A stretch of DNA of 29,938 nt from Candidatus Woesearchaeota archaeon (GTDB lineage: Archaea > Nanobdellota > Nanobdellia > Woesearchaeales > GW2011-AR4): the NCBI GenBank assembly GCA_030751755.1, contig JASMFO010000050.1, positions 1-29,938 on the forward strand, written 5' to 3'. A program made the position numbers and the translations under genes. Below the pieces are notes generated by a model. It had not been told where the DNA came from. It worked only from the letters and a program-made list of their open reading frames with translations, and ran no database searches. Shown here piece after piece: positions 24,609-29,938 of this stretch. How positions within the stretch are numbered: the stretch's first letter is position 1; each line of letters begins with the position of its first letter.

Positions 24609-24749
24609 ATGGAAGAGTTTTTTGACGAAGACAACATTGAAATAGAAAACATGAGAGAAGAAAGGAAAAAGATGGGCAACAAGGAATTTGGAAAGCTCAT
24701 TAACAAGAAAGACCTTTCTGACTTTGAGCTAGATGAGTTGTTTATGTAG
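24609..24749 (+). CDS. possible small acidic protein (46 aa)
   Basis: The translation is MEEFFDEDNIEIENMREERKKMGNKEFGKLINKKDLSDFELDELFM. GAGGT lies 4 nt upstream of the ATG. It is more protein-like than the low-complexity antisense ORF 24542..24754. Confidence 0.35.
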   Translation: MEEFFDEDNIEIENMREERKKMGNKEFGKLINKKDLSDFELDELFM

Positions 24750-24792
24750 TTCAAAAACTACAATAACCTTTTAAAATAACTTATAATTCTTT

Positions 24793-25059
24793 ATGGTTAT
24801 GCAAAACTATGACTTAGAGCTAAATCGTGCTGTAGCTGAAATTAAGAAAAATAAAGCAAAATCAGCATGTATACAGTTGCCAGACGGCTTAAAGCCAAAA
24901 GCCTGCGAAATTCAACAACATATTGAAAAAAACACTAATGCTTCTGTTGTTATATGGTTTGGCAGTTGTTATGGAGCTTGCGATACACCTAAAGTTGAGA
25001 AGCTAGGTGTTGATTTATTAATCCAATGGGGCCATAGTGAATACATAAAAGCTTGGTAA
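24793..25059 (+). pseudogene. dph2: truncated dph2 (2-(3-amino-3-carboxypropyl)histidine synthase), N-terminal ~85 aa only
   Basis: The segment YDLELNRAVAEIKKNKAKSACIQLPDGLKPKACEI....CYGACD......LGVDLLIQWGHS follows the archaeal Dph2 N-terminus as I recall it. The frame then stops at 25057-25059, whereas intact Dph2 is about 330-350 aa. No continuation exists in any frame before rpiB. Confidence 0.65.
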
Positions 25060-25079
25060 AAACAATAAATATTAAAAGC

Positions 25080-25120
25080 AATAAAAAGATAATTCTAAAA
25101 ATGAATAAAAAGATAATTCT
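25080..25120 (+). repeat. 17-nt direct duplication of the rpiB start (AATAAAAAGATAATTCT x2, 24-nt period)
   Basis: The copies are at 25080-25096 and 25104-25120. The second copy is codons 2-7 of rpiB (NKKIIL). The first lies in the dph2-remnant/rpiB junction. Confidence 0.8.
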
Positions 25121-25550
25121 TGCAGCAGACCATGCAGGTTTTGAACTTAAAGAGGAGATTAAAAAATTCCTTATTAAGGAAGGCTTTGAAGTGGAGGATA
25201 AAGGAGCACATTCGTATAATGCTAAAGATGATTATACAGATTTTGTTTTTGAAGCAGCAAAAAAAGTCTCAGCAGACAAAAACATCCGAGGAATAGTATT
25301 TGGGGCTTCTGGTCAAGGGGAAGCAATTGCAGCAAACAAGGTTAAAGGAATAAGAGCTGCTTTGTATTATGGTCAAAATATGGAAATTGTAAAGCTATCA
25401 AGAACCCACAACAATGCAAATATTCTTTCATTAGGGGCAAGGTTTCTAAAAAAAGAGGAAGCAATAAAATCCATAAAACTTTGGCTTAAAACAGAGTTTA
25501 GCAATGAGGAAAGGCATATAAGAAGAGTAAAAAAAATTTCTGAAATATAA
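25101..25550 (+). CDS. rpiB: ribose-5-phosphate isomerase B (Glu-type active site)
   Basis: 149 aa from the ATG at 25101. It has ILAADHAGFELKE and FGASGQGEAIAANKVKGIRAAL. The usual catalytic Cys (CGTGxG) is absent and a Glu is present in the GxGE context, as in the actinobacterial RpiB type. Confidence 0.88.
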   Translation: MNKKIILAADHAGFELKEEIKKFLIKEGFEVEDKGAHSYNAKDDYTDFVFEAAKKVSADKNIRGIVFGASGQGEAIAANKVKGIRAALYYGQNMEIVKLSRTHNNANILSLGARFLKKEEAIKSIKLWLKTEFSNEERHIRRVKKISEI

Positions 25551-25555
25551 AAAAC

Positions 25556-26023
25556 ATGCAAATAACCTATCTCAGCTATTTTTTGGCATCAATAGTATCA
25601 TACTTAGGATTGCTCCTGGGGATAATTCTGATAAAATTTGCTCCAGAAGAAAAAAAACCTGGAAAAAAATATTTTATTCTGTTAAAAAAAATATTATTTT
25701 TTCTTATTTTAGTCTCTTTGTTATTTTTCTATAAGGTCAATATTATCTTAACGACAGTATTATTATTTTTTATTATTGTATTAATGTTAAATGGAAAAAT
25801 AAACCTTGACAAATCAGCCCTGGTTTATTTTTTCCTTGGAATTATATTTTATTTAAGCAGCAAAATTCTTAATTTGTTTATTATTGAGGCTGTTCTTATA
25901 TTTTTATTTAGCATTCCAACTGCTTCCTTAATTTTGAATCTGAAAAAAAGAAATTACTATGCTGTTTTTGTAAAGAACTTATGGTTTTTTGCTCCTGTAA
26001 TTGCACTTTATTTTATCATTTAA
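25556..26023 (+). CDS. hypothetical integral membrane protein
   Basis: 155 aa with about 5 hydrophobic helices. It starts 6 nt after the rpiB stop. I recognise no family. Confidence 0.55.
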   Translation: MQITYLSYFLASIVSYLGLLLGIILIKFAPEEKKPGKKYFILLKKILFFLILVSLLFFYKVNIILTTVLLFFIIVLMLNGKINLDKSALVYFFLGIIFYLSSKILNLFIIEAVLIFLFSIPTASLILNLKKRNYYAVFVKNLWFFAPVIALYFII

Positions 26024-26052
26024 TTGATTCTGAAATATTAGCATCAAAATAC

Positions 26053-26592
26053 TTACCATTTCTCTTTTCTTACCTTTAAAATGTAAGCTAAACGGCTTAT
26101 AGTAACATGCAATACAAAACTAAGTACAAAAATTATTATAATCTTGTTTAATGACAACCTCACTAACGGGTAAATGAAAATTAAAGTTCCTACAACAGCA
26201 TCTATTTGGTCAAAAGGTATAAATGGCTTTCCAGGCTCATAGTTTAGTCTTCTTTTTACAAAACTCCCCATTAAATCACCAAAAATTGTTCCAAGACCTG
26301 CAAGAACGCCCAGCAATAACCAATTTGAATAATCAATGATTACCAAGTCAACTAATATATCATTGCTATAGAGAACATACTGTATGAATATTATTATAAT
26401 TGCAAATATAACGCCAAAAACAAGTCCTCTAAAAGTTTTGTGTTTTCCGAATATTGGTTTATTGTTTATTTTTTTATTGAAATCAAGAGGAATCGCTAGA
26501 TTATTGAATCTATTCTTCACAATGACTGGTGCCATATTGGCAAATACTGCAGGTAACATAAAGTACAAACATTGCAATATTATGCTTGGCAT
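26053..26592 (-). CDS. carS: CDP-archaeol synthase (CarS, DUF46)
   Basis: A 179-aa polytopic membrane protein. It has MLPAVFANMAPV, FGKHKTFRG and GDLMGSFVKRRL...FDQID, which are the conserved CarS strings. Confidence 0.85.
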   Translation of the reverse strand: MPSIILQCLYFMLPAVFANMAPVIVKNRFNNLAIPLDFNKKINNKPIFGKHKTFRGLVFGVIFAIIIIFIQYVLYSNDILVDLVIIDYSNWLLLGVLAGLGTIFGDLMGSFVKRRLNYEPGKPFIPFDQIDAVVGTLIFIYPLVRLSLNKIIIIFVLSFVLHVTISRLAYILKVRKEKW

Positions 26593-26608
26593 ATAAACCT
26601 CTTTTCTA

Positions 26609-27247
26609 TTAAACCCTTTTTCTTAAAAAACTTAATAGGCCTCCAAAAGCGCCATATCTTATTGTACCATCTACTCTTGTTTTTCTGTTTTTAAAAGCTT
26701 TTCTTAAATCACCCTCAAATAAGGTATAACCAGTTGCAATCTCAAACTTGAAATGTGCGTCACTTCCTCCGGTTTTTGCAATATTAAGCTTGTTGGCTAG
26801 GTTATCAGCTTTTTTATTGTCTCGTGAAAAAATCATTCTTGCATTAAAGCATTCTATAGCATCAATCTTGTCTTTTACTTTGTCTAAGGGCAATTTAAAT
26901 TTATATGTTGGGAGTAATGTGGCTCTGAATGGATGCGGTATAATTACCAAACCATTCTGTTTCTTTACTTCCTCAACTAACTTAAAAAAATCAGTTGTTT
27001 TTATTTGCTTTTTTAAGTAATAGGCCAAAACATCGCCATATTGTGTAGAAACTTCCTCTCCTACAATAACCTCAAAGTTTTTGTCTTTATTTAATCTCTT
27101 TACATTTAAAGCTCCCTTTATTGTACCATGGTCAGTAACTGCTATTCCGTTAAGCTTGTGCTTCTTAGCTGTCTTTAGCAGAATTTCCGGCTTCATATTG
27201 CTGCATTTAGAATAAAATGTATGTGTATGTAAATCATATTTTAGCAT
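26609..27247 (-). CDS. PHP-domain metal-dependent phosphoesterase
   Basis: 212 aa. It has YDLHTHTFYS at the N-terminus, then AVTDHGT, IIPHP and GGSDAH, which is the PHP His/Asp pattern. Confidence 0.85.
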   Translation of the reverse strand: MLKYDLHTHTFYSKCSNMKPEILLKTAKKHKLNGIAVTDHGTIKGALNVKRLNKDKNFEVIVGEEVSTQYGDVLAYYLKKQIKTTDFFKLVEEVKKQNGLVIIPHPFRATLLPTYKFKLPLDKVKDKIDAIECFNARMIFSRDNKKADNLANKLNIAKTGGSDAHFKFEIATGYTLFEGDLRKAFKNRKTRVDGTIRYGAFGGLLSFLRKRV

Positions 27248-27290
27248 GTAAACAGAAAACTATATAAGAGTTAAAAAGTTTGCTATTCCT

Positions 27291-28247
27291 ATGAATATTT
27301 CCGATTTGGGAGAAATAGAACTAATCAAAGAAATAAATAAAAATATAAAATTATTCACTAAAGATATAGTTAAAGGGGTAGGGGACGATACTGCAGTCCT
27401 TAAGTTTGATAAAAAGCATCATTTATTATTAACAACAGATACTTTAGTGCAAGATGACCATTTCAATCTAAAATGGTTCACTGCAGAGCAAATAGGCAAT
27501 AAAGCAATTGAAAGCAATGTTTCTGATATAGCTTCAATGGGCGGTTTTCCAAAATATGCATTAATCTCCCTTACACTACCAAAAAACACTAATATTAATT
27601 TTATTGATACATTATACAATGGAATTAACAAAACATCAAAAAAATATAAAATAAGCATTATTGGAGGAAATATAACCCACGGAAAAGAGATTTCTATTAC
27701 TATAACCCTGATCGGTTTGGTTGAGAAGAAAAATTTATGTTTAAGAAGCAATGCAAAAGTTGGTGATTTAATTGCTGTAACTGGAAATTTAGGAAGCTCA
27801 AGAGCAGGCTTGCAGTTATTAAGAAATGGAAAAAAAGGTGCATCAATTAATTATTATTTGAATCCTAAATGTAAATTAGATATTGGAAGAAAGCTTATAG
27901 GATTTGTAAACGCAATGGAAGATGTTTCTGACGGTCTTGCTTCAGAAGTCCTTAATATCTGCAATTCAAGCAAAGTCGGAGCAATAATCTACAAGGATTT
28001 GATTCCATTGAATAAAAATATAGTTATTGATGCAAAAAAAGTTAAGAAAAATCCTTATGATTACGCTTTATATGGCGGAGAGGATTTTGAGCTGGTTTTT
28101 ACAATTAATGACACTCAATTAAAAAAGTTAAAAGGGATAAAATGCCTGGTGGTTGGAGAGATATTGCCAAAAAACAAAGGAATTTATTTACATCACAAAG
28201 GCAAAAATAAGAAATTAAGTTATGGTTATGAGCATTTTAAAGAATGA
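27291..28247 (+). CDS. thiL: thiamine-monophosphate kinase
   Basis: 318 aa. It has GEIELI, GDDTAVL, LLTTDTLVQDDHF, SDIASMGG and GGEDFELVF, which are AIR-synthase-related ThiL motifs. Confidence 0.88.
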   Translation: MNISDLGEIELIKEINKNIKLFTKDIVKGVGDDTAVLKFDKKHHLLLTTDTLVQDDHFNLKWFTAEQIGNKAIESNVSDIASMGGFPKYALISLTLPKNTNINFIDTLYNGINKTSKKYKISIIGGNITHGKEISITITLIGLVEKKNLCLRSNAKVGDLIAVTGNLGSSRAGLQLLRNGKKGASINYYLNPKCKLDIGRKLIGFVNAMEDVSDGLASEVLNICNSSKVGAIIYKDLIPLNKNIVIDAKKVKKNPYDYALYGGEDFELVFTINDTQLKKLKGIKCLVVGEILPKNKGIYLHHKGKNKKLSYGYEHFKE

Positions 28248-28249
28248 TT
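28213..28249 (+). repeat. thiL 3'-end sequence, copy A of a direct repeat flanking the TauE gene
   Basis: AATTAAGTTATGGTTATGAGCATTTTAAAGAATGATT matches 29035-29065, with two substitutions and one 6-nt (GTTATG) indel. It encodes the last thiL codons plus the stop. Confidence 0.75.
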
Positions 28250-28304
28250 TCTGGCGCATAAAAAACCAAAACATTTTTTAAAAAGAATTATATTTTTATT
28301 GATT

Positions 28305-29036
28305 ATGGTAGAAATACTGTTTTTTGTCCTTGCATTTGTAGCAGGAGTTATTGGGACTGTAGCCGGATTTGGATCATCAACTATCTTACTGCCAGTTTCA
28401 TTGTTCTTTATGGATTTTAAGACGGCATTGACTCTTGTAGCATTCTACCATATTTTCGGGAACCTGGGAAAAATTGCCTTTTTTAGGCATGATTTAAACA
28501 AGAGATTAATTTTATTGTTTGGTGTGCCAAGTGTAATCTTTGCTTTAATTGGATCTTTGTTTATCATTTACCTTCCCCAGGATATTTTGAAGCTTATCTT
28601 AGGAATATTTTTGTTGATATTCTCAATAACTTTTATCTTAAAGCCAAATCTAAAATTTTCTGGAACACAAAAAAGTGCATTTATTGGAGGCAGTTTATCA
28701 GGACTGTTAGCCGGACTTATAGGGGTAGGAGGAGCAATAAGGGGTGCATTTCTCACAGGATTCAATCTGGAAAAAAGAATATACATAGCTACTGCAGCCG
28801 CAATTGCATTAGCCATAGACATCACAAGAATTCCTGTATACTTAACAAACAATTTCTTAAGCCAGCAGTTTTTCTTTTATTTACCCGCATTATTCATCAT
28901 AGCAATAGCAGCATCTTATACCGGAAAGAGAATAGTGGATAAAATACCCCAAAAAGCCTTCAAGAAAGTTGTTTTGTATACAATAGCCATAGTAAGCATA
29001 AAATTCATTTTTGATGGCATTAACCTAATAGGATAA
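28305..29036 (+). CDS. TauE/SafE-family (DUF81) anion exporter membrane protein
   Basis: About 243 aa and polytopic. Gly-rich motifs GVIGTVAGFGSSTILLP and GLIGVGGAIRG fall in the two halves, as is typical of TauE/SafE. The ATG at 28305 is preferred over the TTG at 28299. Confidence 0.85.
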   Translation: MVEILFFVLAFVAGVIGTVAGFGSSTILLPVSLFFMDFKTALTLVAFYHIFGNLGKIAFFRHDLNKRLILLFGVPSVIFALIGSLFIIYLPQDILKLILGIFLLIFSITFILKPNLKFSGTQKSAFIGGSLSGLLAGLIGVGGAIRGAFLTGFNLEKRIYIATAAAIALAIDITRIPVYLTNNFLSQQFFFYLPALFIIAIAASYTGKRIVDKIPQKAFKKVVLYTIAIVSIKFIFDGINLIG

Positions 29037-29065
29037 TTAAGTTATGAGTATTTTAAAGAATAATT
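29035..29065 (+). repeat. relic copy B of the thiL 3' end, directly after the TauE stop
   Basis: AATTAAGTTATGAGTATTTTAAAGAATAATT reads LSYEYFKE-stop, compared with the thiL end LSYGYEHFKE-stop. There is a weaker similarity continuing about 15 nt further downstream in both copies. Confidence 0.75.
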
Positions 29066-29203
29066 ATATCTCCGGCATATTTGAAGCCAGATTATCTATT
29101 TCCACCAATACATGGTGGGGAGTCATGCCAGTTTTTACGATAAATAAACCAGTCTTAGTATCAAGTGAAAGAATTCAATATATTCTCCTACTTTGCTTCA
29201 ATT

Positions 29204-29938
29204 CTAATAACGCCTTCTGGGAAATTTAGGTCTTCCAGGTGAACTATGTCCAAATGATCTTCCTCTGGATGAACTTCTTCTACCTCCGGGTGACCTTGGC
29301 CTGTGCTCAGGTGCCCTTGGCCTTCCATGAAATCCGGACCTTGGCCTGTCAGAACTTCTTTCACCATATCTTGATCTATTCTCCTGGTCACCTCTTGAAG
29401 GCCCTCTGTTTCCAAACTTTCCTCCAGGTCTTCCACCACCTCTAAAACTTCCTCCGCCTCCAAACCTTCTTCCGGAATTAAACCTTAATCTTTCAAAATT
29501 CTCTAAAGGAATCTGTTCAACCTTGACAGGATATCTGTTTAGTATTTCCCTAAATACGTCATGGTCTCTTTCACTCAATAATGTAATTGCTTTTCCTTGT
29601 TTTCCAGCTCTTGCAGTTCTTCCAACCCTGTGCACATACTCTTGTGCGTCTTGTGATAAATCATAGTTGAATATGTGGCTTACATCTTTGATGTCTAAAC
29701 CTCTGGCTGCAACTGCAGATGCTACAAGAATATTTGGCCTTCCTTTGTGGAAGTTTTCAATTACCTTTAATCTTCGATTCTGGGTTAGTTTCCCATGAAT
29801 CATATCTGCTTTTATTCCATTATCCCTTAAATTCTTTGTAACCATCTCTACAGTGGATCTTGCAGAGCAAAAAACAATTGCTAAGTCTTTCTTTTCTTTC
29901 TTTAGTAAATGTACAAGTAATGAGAATTTTTCAAACTG
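29204..29938 (-). CDS. DEAD-box RNA helicase, C-terminal part (N-terminus beyond window) with Arg/Gly-rich tail
   Basis: The frame is open to the window end. Helicase domain-2 motifs IVF, ARGLDI and HRVGRTARAG are present. They are followed by a ~95-aa low-complexity tail (GRRFGGGGSFRGGGRPGG...RPRS...RPRA...). Confidence 0.9.
   Translation of the reverse strand, partial: QFEKFSLLVHLLKKEKKDLAIVFCSARSTVEMVTKNLRDNGIKADMIHGKLTQNRRLKVIENFHKGRPNILVASAVAARGLDIKDVSHIFNYDLSQDAQEYVHRVGRTARAGKQGKAITLLSERDHDVFREILNRYPVKVEQIPLENFERLRFNSGRRFGGGGSFRGGGRPGGKFGNRGPSRGDQENRSRYGERSSDRPRSGFHGRPRAPEHRPRSPGGRRSSSRGRSFGHSSPGRPKFPRRRY

Noticed and set aside
29188-29463. A 91-aa alternative-frame ORF (EVEE/GQG-rich), together with the 68-aa plus-strand ORF at 29239..29445.
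   Set aside because: Both are frame and strand shadows of the repetitive RGG/RPR tail of the DEAD-box helicase, which is contiguous with conserved helicase motifs.
1-29938. A scan for a CRISPR array, rRNA, IS or transposase, reverse transcriptase/DGR, or toxin-antitoxin pair.
   Set aside because: I found no regularly spaced repeats and no rRNA-like conserved blocks. There are no DDE/HUH or RT motifs in any frame of the ORF track, and no small two-gene cassettes with recognisable TA domains.
1-29938. An alternative reading of the window as bacterial (for example CPR), given the many bacterial-type genes.
   Set aside because: The CDP-archaeol synthase, RibL-type FAD synthase, Dph2/Dph6 homologs, tRNA introns at 37/38 and TATA-box-like promoters at about -25 to -30 all point to an archaeal host with horizontally acquired bacterial genes.

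Overview
This is an AT-rich chromosomal fragment, roughly one third G+C by eye (not computed). I read it as archaeal, probably from a small-genome DPANN-like lineage (inference). The archaeal markers are a CDP-archaeol synthase, an archaeal CTP-type FAD synthase (RibL), Dph2 and Dph6 diphthamide genes, and two of the three tRNA genes interrupted at the canonical 37/38 intron position.

About 40 protein genes are present and most are housekeeping:
- Translation and nucleotide metabolism: ProRS, PRPP synthetase, a DEAD-box helicase.
- Thiamine: thiS-thiG-thiE, thiO and thiL.
- Methyl cycle: metF and ahcY.
- Others: RpiB, a PfkB kinase, a YggS-like protein, a DHS-like enzyme, an RCK potassium-channel homolog, and two MacB/FtsX permeases.

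Many of these look bacterial in type.

The parts that housekeeping does not explain are:
1. A ~4.4 kb integrated element sits at tRNA-Ser(UGA), between positions 13299 and 17695. It is bounded by a 13-nt exact direct repeat (18/20 when extended). It carries a tyrosine recombinase, a PD-(D/E)xK-like protein, a wHTH protein, two compositionally foreign all-helical proteins of unknown function, and decayed gene remnants.
2. At three separate loci a gene is bracketed or preceded by a direct duplication of its neighbour's boundary. metF lies between 69-bp promoter copies, the TauE gene lies between copies of the thiL 3' end, and rpiB has a duplicated start next to a truncated dph2. This looks like a recurring insertion scar.
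3. A GC-rich, strongly structured intergenic segment lies between the PfkB and YggS-like genes.

I saw no CRISPR array, rRNA, transposase or reverse transcriptase. All homology calls are motif recognition by eye, with no database search.
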